Shown one piece after another: positions 48,489 to 58,471 of a stretch of DNA of 64,000 bases (positions are counted from its first letter, which is position 1; every line of letters begins with the position of its first letter). The notes under the pieces are model-generated. The model ran no database searches and had not been told where the DNA came from. It saw only the letters and a program-made list of their open reading frames with translations. Source of the DNA: Clostridia bacterium. GTDB taxonomy: Bacteria > Bacillota > Clostridia > Oscillospirales > CAG-272. The translations under genes and the position numbers were made by a program. Where the stretch lies: contig JAKSOD010000002.1 of assembly GCA_024405755.1 (NCBI GenBank), forward strand, positions 13,729 to 77,728, written 5' to 3'.

Positions 48489-49475
48489 TCAGTCTTTACG
48501 CTGATAGAATACGAACGCTGAGAATATCGCAGCAAATATCGCAACTATCAGTATTACAATCAGGAAGTACATCCATGCCATAGCGGAACTGACTTCCTGT
48601 CCGTTGGTAGCAGTGTACTGATTGGCAATGAACTTCATCACCGTATTTGAGTCCGTCGTGAAAGAGTCGATAATAGTATAGACCGCGTTGACGAGGATCA
48701 TAGGGCTTATCATCGGGAAGGTGATCTTCCAGAATGTTTCCCATCCGGTAGCACCGTCCATCTGACAGGACTCGTAAATTGCGGGAGAGATCGACTGCAA
48801 ACCTGCAAGGAATATCAGCATCTGAACACCGGAACGGTTTACTATGTCGTAAATATCGTTGATCATCTGAACAACGTATCCAACAAGTTCAGTACCGACT
48901 TTCATATTTGAGAACAACTGCTCAATATCGATTGCGGATACTATCTGCGCCGCAGCACTCTCACCGGTTCCGTCGGCGATACTTTCATTCTCCATCATTT
49001 CCTCAACTGCGTTTGCGGCATTGATGGTCTCCATAAGACCGGTGGAAAGAATAACGGGAATGAAGAATATTGCACGGAAGACGGCACGTCCTGCCATCTT
49101 CTGATTCAAAAGCACTGCCATAAACAGTGAGAACAGAATGATGGCGGGAATGTCGAATGCCAACTCTTTAAGACCGGTAACAAGGGTCTTTACAAAGTCG
49201 GGGTTAACGAAGAGAGCCTCATTGTAGTTGGCGAAGCCGACGTTTTCAATGGTGAATCCCTCTCCGGACACGATCTTGATACGGCTGAAACTGTATTTGA
49301 TCGAGTCGAAAATAATCGGTAGATAAACAGCGACAAAACCGATAAGGAACGGCAGAATGAAGAACCAACCGGCGCGTGCTTTCTTTTTATCAAGGGAAGC
49401 AATGCGTTTTTTCTTCTTCGGAGCCTTATTCTGCGGAACGCTGACGGTCTGATTCAATTTTAACTCGTTAGTCAT
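48489..49475 (-). CDS. Carbohydrate (CUT1) ABC permease, MalF-like, second pair
   Basis: FRAIFFIPVI, FLAGLQSIS..YESCQMDGATGWETFWKITFP. Confidence 0.9.
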   Translation of the reverse strand: MTNELKLNQTVSVPQNKAPKKKKRIASLDKKKARAGWFFILPFLIGFVAVYLPIIFDSIKYSFSRIKIVSGEGFTIENVGFANYNEALFVNPDFVKTLVTGLKELAFDIPAIILFSLFMAVLLNQKMAGRAVFRAIFFIPVILSTGLMETINAANAVEEMMENESIADGTGESAAAQIVSAIDIEQLFSNMKVGTELVGYVVQMINDIYDIVNRSGVQMLIFLAGLQSISPAIYESCQMDGATGWETFWKITFPMISPMILVNAVYTIIDSFTTDSNTVMKFIANQYTATNGQEVSSAMAWMYFLIVILIVAIFAAIFSAFVFYQRKD

Positions 49476-49489
49476 TCTTTGCTCCTCCT

Positions 49490-52400
49490 TCAGTCATTAA
49501 TATCGGAAAACGATACGTAGATCGGTTCCGCACCGTTAACTTCGTCGATACGAACAGCGCCGTAACCGCTCAGAGTGTATGTATTTCCGTTGTATTCGGT
49601 AGTCGCGTCAAAGTAGTTGTAGTTGAGGATGATGGAGATTCCGCCCTCGTACTGGACGAGAACGATATTTCCGGAATCGTCGGTATACTTTGTCTTCTTG
49701 TATCCTTCTTCTTCCTCTTCTTTTTCTTCTTCGGGATCAACGGGAATTACTTCCTCAGAGTTGGGGTCTGTCATAACAACATTGATACCTTCCACGTATT
49801 TCTTGGAAAGTTCAACGGCTTCTACAGCGTAATCGTAGGTCTTTCCAGCCATATAGAGTATACCCTTCTTGGCGACCTCGTTTGTAGAATCATCAGCAGG
49901 TTCTGCGCCCTCGATTCCCTTCACGAGATCCTTGACCTCGTTGTAACTCTTGGTGACGTCATCTTTGAATTCAGCGTTGTACTTCTCATCTTTGATAAGT
50001 TCGGTATAAGCAAGTTCGGAATTGGTATAAGATACTTTGGCAAGAGATACGAAGGTATTCATAGCTCTGACGTTCTGAGATATGGTCTTATCAAGAGTCT
50101 TGACAGTCTTCTCATTGTCAGAAACTACTTTATCAGCGGCAGTCTTGGCAGAACCGGTGGTCTTTGCTTCAGCTGCAGCTATTTCAGCCTCAGCCTTTAC
50201 AGACTCGTAAACAGAAACAATTACTTCATAATCCGCGTTATCGGCATTGTAACCGGCAGCATATTCGCTTATTGCAAGAGGCTTTTCTGCTGCAATGAGA
50301 GCGACCTCGTATGCGGGCAACTTGCCGTAAGCATTGTCATAACTGGTAATTGCGTTCTGGAACTCCGCGGAAATGTTCTTGCTGTCTGCGTAAGAGTCTG
50401 TTACGGCAGCCTTTGCAGCATTTTCAGCCTCGGCAGCCGCAGTGTACTCTGCGGAATTCTTGTAATCTTTCTTGTAGTTGTTGATAAAGTCATTAAGAGC
50501 CTTGTCAGCGGCAGTCTTCTTGTCGGCAGCGGCCTTATACGCGGCATCGGAAGAATGCTTTGCGATATAATCGCTTACATATTTTTCAACTGCTGCGTCA
50601 GCGGCGCGCTTTTCGTCAAGAATGTAACTTCCCTTCTCAGCGTCTGCAAGTGCTTCGGCAGCGGTCTTGGCGGCGGCAAGAAGTTCTTTGGACTTTTCAA
50701 GGGCGGTATTGAACTTTTCGCTGTTCTCTTCGCCTTCCTTGTTGCTTTCCTTGGCATTGGCAAGCAGACCGTCGATCTCAGTGATCATGGTCAGGTATTC
50801 GGAAGCGGCAGAAGCAGCGGGAAGTTTCTTCGCTCTTGCAACAACGTCATCAAATGTTTTGAGTTTGTTCACGCCGCTCAGACTGTTGTAAAGTGCTGCG
50901 AAAGCGGCACTTGCCTTAGTCTGATATGAGTCGTATGTGAACTTGACCTGCATTTCGGCAGTTGCGATTGCAGAAGTCTCGTCAGAAGAATTAACGGCGG
51001 CTTTAAGTGCGTTGATATAATCGCGATATGCCTTGTCGACTTTATCAGCGTTCTCTTTCAGCGTCTTATAAGCGGAATCGGACTCGTAACCCTTGGAAGC
51101 GGCATCAAGTTCTGCTCTTGCAACCTCGACGTCGGATACAAGTTTCTTATAGTCAGCGGAATTGAAGTAAGCAACTTCTATACGGCTGAGTGCTTCGGAT
51201 GCTTTATTACGCTTGTCGGCAGCAGCCTTGTATTTGCTTACGATCCCGGGGACAGGAGAAACTGCGTTGAGTTTTGCATTAATGCCATCGAGTTTTGTCT
51301 TTGCTGAATTCTTTGCGGATTCAAGTGCTTTGTACTCGGCAGTTCTGCCTATATTCTCTTCCTTGGAGTCGGCTTCAAATGCTTTGAGAGCCTTATCATA
51401 TGCAGCCTTTGCGGCAGCATAATCAGCCTTTGAACCGAGGAAAGACGCTTCGTCAGAGTCAACCGCTGCCTGTTTTGCCTCGGTATTGGCAAGAGCAGCC
51501 TTGTACTCGGGAGTAAACTCATCGAGACCGGCAAGTTTCGCTTTTGCTTTGGCAACGAGATCGGCAAGTGCTTTGTACTCGGAGAATGTCTCATACTGTT
51601 CGTAGTTTTTGGCGAGGCTTTCCATGGAGCTTGTAGCAGTGGTAAGGACTTTGTTCCAATAAGCGTATTCAGGATTGTTCTTCTCGGTGATCTCATTCAT
51701 TGCAGTCTTAGCTTCATCAAGTGCTTTGACGGCTGTATTATAGGCAGCATCTGCATCAAGTTCATTCTGGTGATCGGCCTTTGCTTTCTTGAGTGCAGAC
51801 TCAGCATCGCTGAGTGCCTTTTTGAGTCCGCCGACGTAGTCGTTGAACGCTTTTTCGGCAGCCTTGTAATTTTCCGTCGCATCAACATATGCCTTGGCAT
51901 TGTCAACAGTTCCGGAAATAAAGGTCAGAGCGGATTTTGCACTGTCAAGAGCCTTCTTGTTGGCTTCACTTGCATCCTTTGCATAAGCATCGGAAGCATC
52001 ATTGTATGCCTTATAAAGAGCCGGGATCTTGGCAATACCTGCATCAACGGCAGCGACAGTTGCATTGTCGAGAAGTTCAACCTGGGCTTCAATCTTGGTC
52101 TTCTGAGAATCAACATTGCTCTGTGCTTTGGTATAAGCAGCAAGAAGTGTTGAATAGTTCTTGTTGTTGCCTTCGGAAAGAATGCTCTTGAAGTTATTCT
52201 GAGTTACCTTCCAGATATCTGCAAGTTCGGTCTTGGAAGCTGAATCAGCCTCAGCCTTTTCGGCGGCAGCTGTGGTCTCCTCTGCCTTCTTGCGGGAATC
52301 TTCGAGCATCTTTACGAGTGTCTGCATTCCAATTGTATTGGAAACCATTCCGCTTTCATCGATGGTATATCCGCCGGCGTAGCAGTTCTTGATGGACTCG

Positions 52401-55400
52401 TAGTAATGCTTTACATTGGTAATTGCATTCTTTGCGTTATCAAGCGATTCGATACGTCCGCTGTTGCGGGCTTCTTTCGCAAGTTTTTCTTCCTCAATGC
52501 GGATAGCTTCTTCCGCCTTCTTGATTGCCTCTTCCGCTTCCTTGGCGTCTGCGATTACCTCATCAGGATCGGGAACACGTTCACCGATAAGGAACTGATG
52601 TCCGATGATCTTGGACAGCTGGAGATCTTTGGTAAGATCGTTCAGAAGTTTGTAATACCTTACTACGTCATTTTTCAGTATGTCGTAACGTACGGAATAA
52701 TACTGGCTGAGGTTCATATCCTCTTTGAGTTCTTCGTAGTTCTCGTAGCAAAGTATAAAGTAAAGAGAAGCACCGTTTTCAACTGCTTTAAGCAGACTGT
52801 AACCGATATTTCCTTCCATATTAAGAGGAGATCCGGCGTACTGAGTGCTGCCGTGCAGAACGACACCGATGAAGGGTACCGCTGCGCTGGATTTGATGTA
52901 ACGGCTGGAATCAAGCGGAACGTCCACGATATAATCGACATATTTCCATACGTAAGAGTTTGCACCCTCGGTCATAATGTCGTCGTAATCGTTCGCCATC
53001 TTCTCCATAAGTTCAATGGTGGACTTTTTGGAGTCCTCACGGTTTGCGGGATCATCCTCGTCAAAGTCGGAGTTAAGGGAAGTTCCGATCGTTCCGACAG
53101 AGATCGCAGAAGTGTATCCTTCGGGGTAGTACTTCATGAGGTTTTCAGTAAGTTTGTCGTAGAAGTGGCTGAAATATGCAGCACTTATCGCAAGTTCATA
53201 ACGACCTACGTATGTCTGCTTTGTTGCGCTGTAATAGCGGCGTGACATATAGGTGTTGTTGATAGACTTGACGATATGCTCCTTCATGGTCAAACCGTCA
53301 AACAGACCATCGGAAGATGCTCTCACGTATTCGAAGTCAAAGTCCGGGAATACTTCGAGATCGTAGTTGGTCTCTTTGGAATAATCCATCAGGTCTTCGT
53401 ATCCGCTCTTGCCGCCGACGGATTTCTCCCATTTCAGGCGATACGGCACGGAGGCATAGATACCGCCGTTGGCGTAACCTGAAAGTTTGAACTTGATGTT
53501 TGAAACACCCTCTGCGGAGAGTTCATTATACATGGTCTTGATATTGTCGAAGGAGGTCATAGAAGTCATTACGTTCACGGGAACGGAAAGGATCTTCTGA
53601 ACGGTCTCCATTGTCCCGAATGTCTGGATGTAAACGGGAAGATTCTCGTTTACGTCCTCTTTTTTGAGGGATTTCAGGTTTCCGGTAGCATAGAGGTAAT
53701 CGCGGTATGCTTCCGCCATACCCATCCAGGATACCTCGTAGTAATCCTTGATATTCTTTTCCTTGGCAATGTTGTCATCAGTCAGCATTATGTAACGGAT
53801 CTTATAGTTGCCTACGTACTTACGGGAAGAAACGACGGTCCATGTTGCGTTAGCACCGACTGAAATAGCGTTTGCAAGGTTATAGGAGTCTTTCGGTCTC
53901 GGGTAGAACAGCATCTGAATGATGTTGTACTTACTGAGAGTACCGGCATGGTAAGTGGAAAGTTCTGCAAGAGCATCGCCTTCTTCGATAATGGCAACGA
54001 ATCCGCGATCTTCTTTATAGATCTCGGTATTTGTTACTTCCTTGGTCTGAGGAGTGCCGTCCTCGTTGTATACTATGTTGCCGTCCTCATCCAGTACATT
54101 CTCGGTCGTTATGGTCTGACGGGGTTCGGAGTAATTGGACACTATTCCGAAAACAGGATAACGTATTGTTTCCTGATGAGAACCGGTGATTGTGTTATAC
54201 GCGAAGTCCTGACCGTAAACTTTACCGTTAATGGTGGTTGTTGCGGAACCTGCAAGATCTTCGTGTCTGAACAGCGTTCCGGATCCATCCGGGAAGAAGT
54301 TGTACCCCGTAAAGGTTTGTTTCTTATCGTTCAGATAGTAGTTTGCGCCTGCGCCCATATAAGGCAGGATGCTGATGTTGTTGAGCTGATACAGGGACTC
54401 ATTGAAACGGAGACCGTTGGCAGGCATACGCACGCTCATTCCCCACTCGTCAAGGGTATATTCAAGTGATAGTTTGAACAGAGGCGGAGCCTTGTCGCTT
54501 CCGCTGTAACCCGTCTGGTTATGGTCCTTGTCAAGTTCTTCGTACGTATATTTAGGTACGTATGTCTTGATGTAGGATTCCACAAGTGTCAGCTCGGTAT
54601 TGGTTGCGTCGCTTGCGAAAACGTAGATATTCATGCTGCTGCATACAGGATATGCGGCGATCATTGAACTCCTCTCACGCTGGGTCTTGCACTCATCAAG
54701 AGCCTTGTGAGTATAGAATGCTCTCAGTTTGTTGAACTTGAACCATTCGTCGTTTCCGCTATCGGAAACGATTTTACTGAACATTGCGAGAGTTTTATAG
54801 TCTCTCCAATCAATGACTTTCATTTTATCGTTTCCGGCAGAGATTTCGTTGATATAATCTGCGAAAGGATCAAGGATCAGAGTCTCGAATCTCGTCTCTT
54901 CAATCATTCTCGGAACGAGCATTCTCGTTTCTTCACGACCGATACGGTACTCGATTCTGATACCGTTCTTGATGTTCTTTGCCGTTATCTGTCCGCGTTC
55001 AGCAGCCTCAACGAAACTGTACATGGTCTTGTCGGTGTCGTTGTCTCTGTAATCAATGACGATCTGAGACATGATCTTTTCCTTCGTTGAATCAACGTAG
55101 GAAGTTGCGCCGACGTCGTATGGGTTGGAGAACAGAGTCTGACCGGAAGCCATATTATAGGTGGCAACCTCACCGGTCAGGGTATCGACGAAGAGTTGAT
55201 ATCCGTTTTTCTCGTACATCAACTCCATTGTCGCGAGTTTTTCTTCGGGAGTCTTGAACTCTTTTTTAAGGTACTGTTTTACGGTTTCCTTGTAGTCGAT
55301 CTCCTCGGTTTCCTTGCCTTCGTTGTTTTTGACATAGATAATGTCAACGGCATAGGCACCGACATCGATCATGATCGTCCCGAAAAGCATCACGACAGTC

Positions 55401-55426
55401 AGAAGCAATGCAATTATTCTTTTCAT
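49490..55426 (-). CDS. Giant secreted DUF5696-like protein with a ~950-aa Ala/Lys/Tyr-rich helical insert
   Basis: Signal peptide MKRIIALLLTVVMLFG...AYA (ATG 55426 after AGGAGG); ILPYMGAG, FFPDGSG, VYGQD, YPVFG, WMGMAEAYR, VFPDFDF, VPFIGVVLHG, KAVENGA, recalled as DUF5696-type motifs; helical insert at about 52570-49700; short beta-rich C-terminus. Confidence 0.75.
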   Translation of the reverse strand: MKRIIALLLTVVMLFGTIMIDVGAYAVDIIYVKNNEGKETEEIDYKETVKQYLKKEFKTPEEKLATMELMYEKNGYQLFVDTLTGEVATYNMASGQTLFSNPYDVGATSYVDSTKEKIMSQIVIDYRDNDTDKTMYSFVEAAERGQITAKNIKNGIRIEYRIGREETRMLVPRMIEETRFETLILDPFADYINEISAGNDKMKVIDWRDYKTLAMFSKIVSDSGNDEWFKFNKLRAFYTHKALDECKTQRERSSMIAAYPVCSSMNIYVFASDATNTELTLVESYIKTYVPKYTYEELDKDHNQTGYSGSDKAPPLFKLSLEYTLDEWGMSVRMPANGLRFNESLYQLNNISILPYMGAGANYYLNDKKQTFTGYNFFPDGSGTLFRHEDLAGSATTTINGKVYGQDFAYNTITGSHQETIRYPVFGIVSNYSEPRQTITTENVLDEDGNIVYNEDGTPQTKEVTNTEIYKEDRGFVAIIEEGDALAELSTYHAGTLSKYNIIQMLFYPRPKDSYNLANAISVGANATWTVVSSRKYVGNYKIRYIMLTDDNIAKEKNIKDYYEVSWMGMAEAYRDYLYATGNLKSLKKEDVNENLPVYIQTFGTMETVQKILSVPVNVMTSMTSFDNIKTMYNELSAEGVSNIKFKLSGYANGGIYASVPYRLKWEKSVGGKSGYEDLMDYSKETNYDLEVFPDFDFEYVRASSDGLFDGLTMKEHIVKSINNTYMSRRYYSATKQTYVGRYELAISAAYFSHFYDKLTENLMKYYPEGYTSAISVGTIGTSLNSDFDEDDPANREDSKKSTIELMEKMANDYDDIMTEGANSYVWKYVDYIVDVPLDSSRYIKSSAAVPFIGVVLHGSTQYAGSPLNMEGNIGYSLLKAVENGASLYFILCYENYEELKEDMNLSQYYSVRYDILKNDVVRYYKLLNDLTKDLQLSKIIGHQFLIGERVPDPDEVIADAKEAEEAIKKAEEAIRIEEEKLAKEARNSGRIESLDNAKNAITNVKHYYESIKNCYAGGYTIDESGMVSNTIGMQTLVKMLEDSRKKAEETTAAAEKAEADSASKTELADIWKVTQNNFKSILSEGNNKNYSTLLAAYTKAQSNVDSQKTKIEAQVELLDNATVAAVDAGIAKIPALYKAYNDASDAYAKDASEANKKALDSAKSALTFISGTVDNAKAYVDATENYKAAEKAFNDYVGGLKKALSDAESALKKAKADHQNELDADAAYNTAVKALDEAKTAMNEITEKNNPEYAYWNKVLTTATSSMESLAKNYEQYETFSEYKALADLVAKAKAKLAGLDEFTPEYKAALANTEAKQAAVDSDEASFLGSKADYAAAKAAYDKALKAFEADSKEENIGRTAEYKALESAKNSAKTKLDGINAKLNAVSPVPGIVSKYKAAADKRNKASEALSRIEVAYFNSADYKKLVSDVEVARAELDAASKGYESDSAYKTLKENADKVDKAYRDYINALKAAVNSSDETSAIATAEMQVKFTYDSYQTKASAAFAALYNSLSGVNKLKTFDDVVARAKKLPAASAASEYLTMITEIDGLLANAKESNKEGEENSEKFNTALEKSKELLAAAKTAAEALADAEKGSYILDEKRAADAAVEKYVSDYIAKHSSDAAYKAAADKKTAADKALNDFINNYKKDYKNSAEYTAAAEAENAAKAAVTDSYADSKNISAEFQNAITSYDNAYGKLPAYEVALIAAEKPLAISEYAAGYNADNADYEVIVSVYESVKAEAEIAAAEAKTTGSAKTAADKVVSDNEKTVKTLDKTISQNVRAMNTFVSLAKVSYTNSELAYTELIKDEKYNAEFKDDVTKSYNEVKDLVKGIEGAEPADDSTNEVAKKGILYMAGKTYDYAVEAVELSKKYVEGINVVMTDPNSEEVIPVDPEEEKEEEEEGYKKTKYTDDSGNIVLVQYEGGISIILNYNYFDATTEYNGNTYTLSGYGAVRIDEVNGAEPIYVSFSDIND

Positions 55427-55445
55427 TTTTATTCCTCCTGTCCTG

Positions 55446-57587
55446 TTACGTTCGGTAGTTGATCTCAACAATAATGTTGGTGATGAAGCTGACGATCTTT
55501 CCGAGCAGCGTAGTAAAGAGTATTGCTATGAACATTATGAACGCCATACCGACAAGAGTGCCGAGTGACGTGACAAAGTTCTTGAAGAGTGTGTAGTCGT
55601 GAGTTACCATCATACCGACGAAAATCAAAAGTCCGGTCCAGATGAATGCAATCGTACCTATGAAGGACACGATATCAAGTTCTGCCTTGATAGCGAAGTT
55701 GGAATAAATGGTAACGGGAACTACGAGCATGGGAAGCGGCAGCAGAGAATAGGCAGTTGCAATAAAGATGTCCTTGAAACTTCCTTCGCCCTCAAACAGG
55801 GTGGTCAGACACCAGTTGGCAAGTACCCAAAGCACGAAGGGAACGAGAATACTCATAGCCTGTGAAACTATGGTAGTGTAATGTCCCTGCGGATTGGTAA
55901 GGTATCCGGAACCGATATCCTGATAGAAGAATGCGAGAATGGTTACCGCGATATAAACGAGCGAAGCACGTACGGATCCTCGTTTTTCATGTTTCAGATC
56001 CCAGAATCCGTCGAATGGGTGGAAGATCAGGTGGAAACCGTAGAGGAGCTCCTCACCAAATGTTCTCTTTCCGCCCGCAGTTGCTGCCCGGGTATTGATC
56101 TTACCTGCTTTCTTGAAGAACAGCGTGATAAGAACGATAAGTCCTACAACGATAACGGGAATCAGAAGAACATATTTCGTGATCCACTGCTGTCTGATCT
56201 CCTTGTAGGAGTCGGACCAGCCGCTTGTGTCGTAGGCTGACTCGTAATACTTCATTGCGTTTTTGTAGTCGCCGTTACGGTACATAGCATCACCGATTCC
56301 GATATACGCGGCGTCAAAGTTGGAGTTTCTCTTCAGAATCTCCATCCAGTCGTTGATCGCGCTGTCGTAGTGACGGTTGTTCTGGTTTGCCAGAGCATTG
56401 ATCAGAATGTCGCCGTACTCGGTACGCTGGAAGACGGTAATATTGTCGTTCTGGTTATCGAGGATCAGCATTTTTCCGTCGCTCAGGTATGTGATTCCGC
56501 AGATGCTGGAAAGGTTTCCGAGCTGGTTACCGGAGTCACCAAACGCGAACAGCAGGTTGCCGTCCTTATCATAGGTAAATATTTTCTGACGTCTGGTATC
56601 GATGATAGACCACGTCTGCTCCGGACCGACGGCTACGTCATGTATCATGGAAACACCGGTAATGGATCCGTCTGCCTTGTTATTGGAGATTTCGATCTCA
56701 CCGGCGGGAGGCCAGAAACCGTTTCTCGACATGACCTCAACACCGGACTGGTTGAGCAGTTTTACGGGAGCGTAGTCACCGGATTTTGATTTACCGGTAA
56801 TCGCACTCTTTACTTTGCCTTCGGAAATTGAGGATGTGGTAACGTAAATGAATCCACGTTCGTTCATAGTAATATTGTTGAACTCGGTGGAAATGTAGGA
56901 TTGGCTCATTTCTTTCTGAGCGTCTGTCTGGAATGATCTCCAGAGCTTATCCCATGCAGAAATTGTAACCTTCTGAGCTCCGACGAATTTAATAAACTCG
57001 CCGTCAATGCTCATAACGATAATACCCTGATAGGTAGTGGAAGATACTACATAAAGTCTCTCATAATCATCGACTGCAAGAGCAATGGGCTTGTAAACGG
57101 CGTCATCGTCGAACAGGCTGCTCTCAGGCTGAGGGATGATCTTGATAAACTCGTGAGAATCTCTGTCAAACAGAACGATACGGTTCTTATCGGTATCTGC
57201 TACAAAGATCTTATCCTTTGTGATATACACACCCTTGGGACCGCCGAGTTGATCGGCAATTCCTTCATCATTATAGAATTTGGAAATGGGTTCACCCTTC
57301 TGCTTGAAGTACTTATCAAGGATAACGATACGGTTGTTTGCGGTATCGGCGATATAGATATTATCTTCGTCGTCAACTTCAATGTCACCGGGATCGTCGA
57401 TCGCTTTTGCAAGTCCCATATAAGAAGAGTTGATAGTCTGAACGGGAGTGTAAGCATCCGGCGAGTAAAGTGCGTGGCCGTCGATAGAGTAGGTGTAAGT
57501 CTGGTATGATCTTACGGCACATACAGGGGCGGCGAGCACTGTCACGAGCGCGAAAATCAACGCGACCGCACTAATGATTTTTTTCAT
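55446..57587 (-). CDS. NHL-repeat beta-propeller + TPR + Yip1-like multi-TM fusion protein
   Basis: Signal peptide; NHL-like PGDIEVD..IYIADTANNRIV and PKGVYI...FVADTDKNRIV; TPR-like AYIGIGDAMYRNGDYKNAMKYY; TM helix; Yip1-like HPFDGFWDLKHEKRG followed by about 5 TM helices. Confidence 0.8.
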   Translation of the reverse strand: MKKIISAVALIFALVTVLAAPVCAVRSYQTYTYSIDGHALYSPDAYTPVQTINSSYMGLAKAIDDPGDIEVDDEDNIYIADTANNRIVILDKYFKQKGEPISKFYNDEGIADQLGGPKGVYITKDKIFVADTDKNRIVLFDRDSHEFIKIIPQPESSLFDDDAVYKPIALAVDDYERLYVVSSTTYQGIIVMSIDGEFIKFVGAQKVTISAWDKLWRSFQTDAQKEMSQSYISTEFNNITMNERGFIYVTTSSISEGKVKSAITGKSKSGDYAPVKLLNQSGVEVMSRNGFWPPAGEIEISNNKADGSITGVSMIHDVAVGPEQTWSIIDTRRQKIFTYDKDGNLLFAFGDSGNQLGNLSSICGITYLSDGKMLILDNQNDNITVFQRTEYGDILINALANQNNRHYDSAINDWMEILKRNSNFDAAYIGIGDAMYRNGDYKNAMKYYESAYDTSGWSDSYKEIRQQWITKYVLLIPVIVVGLIVLITLFFKKAGKINTRAATAGGKRTFGEELLYGFHLIFHPFDGFWDLKHEKRGSVRASLVYIAVTILAFFYQDIGSGYLTNPQGHYTTIVSQAMSILVPFVLWVLANWCLTTLFEGEGSFKDIFIATAYSLLPLPMLVVPVTIYSNFAIKAELDIVSFIGTIAFIWTGLLIFVGMMVTHDYTLFKNFVTSLGTLVGMAFIMFIAILFTTLLGKIVSFITNIIVEINYRT

Positions 57588-57597
57588 TGCTGCCTCC

Positions 57598-58470
57598 TTA
57601 ATCTTTCATACCGGACGAACCCATGGTTTCAATGATGTTCGACTGGCTTATAACGAATACCGTAATCGGGACCATCATCATAATGACCTGCGCCGCAGCA
57701 CTTGCGCCTGCACGCTTGATACCGCCGGCGGTGATCTGACCTATTGCGTAGTTGAACGATTTCAGCTGTTCGGAGTGGATATAGATCGAAGATCCGGCAT
57801 TCCACAGATCCTGGAAGCAGTAGATAATCAGAGTCAGCCAGGCGGGTTTGACCATAGGCATTGCAATGACCCAGAATGTTTTGAGTTCGCTTGCGCCGTC
57901 AAGTCTTGCAGATTCAAGAACAGCATTCGTTACGTTGGTTTCCATGAACTGTTTCATCAGGTACAGACCCAGAGTTGAGCCCCATGCGGGAATGATCAGT
58001 GCCCAGTAGGTATCAATCATACCGAGGAAACTCATCAGAATGAAGTTTGTAACTGCGGTAACGGTCTTATGGAACATAAGTGACGTACGAATGGTTTTAA
58101 ATATCCATTTACGTCCGGGGAACATGATCTTCGCAAGAGCATAGGCAGCAAGTGATCCGAAGAACAGGTTGCCGGCGGTACCCATAACGGAGACGAACAC
58201 GGTATTGAATATGTACCGTGAGAATGGGACCCATGATGTGTTCATGAGTACGAACAGATCCTTGAAGTTATTGAAAGTCGGCTTCATAACGTAGAATCTC
58301 GGAGGGAACATCCAAAGTTCGTCAAGAGGCTTGAATGCCTGCATCCATACGTAGAGCATAGGCAGGAACATGAATGCTCCGAGAATAGTGAGCATAAATG
58401 TGATGCCGAGGTCGCCGCCGGCGGATCTGTTAAGAACGACTTTATGTTTTCTTGTTCTAAGTCTTGACAT
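57598..58470 (-). CDS. Carbohydrate (CUT1) ABC permease, MalG-like, first pair
   Basis: FKPLDELWMFPP, EAA loop VLESARLDGASE, PMVKPAWLT. Confidence 0.9.
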   Translation of the reverse strand: MSRLRTRKHKVVLNRSAGGDLGITFMLTILGAFMFLPMLYVWMQAFKPLDELWMFPPRFYVMKPTFNNFKDLFVLMNTSWVPFSRYIFNTVFVSVMGTAGNLFFGSLAAYALAKIMFPGRKWIFKTIRTSLMFHKTVTAVTNFILMSFLGMIDTYWALIIPAWGSTLGLYLMKQFMETNVTNAVLESARLDGASELKTFWVIAMPMVKPAWLTLIIYCFQDLWNAGSSIYIHSEQLKSFNYAIGQITAGGIKRAGASAAAQVIMMMVPITVFVISQSNIIETMGSSGMKD

Positions 58471-58471
58471 C

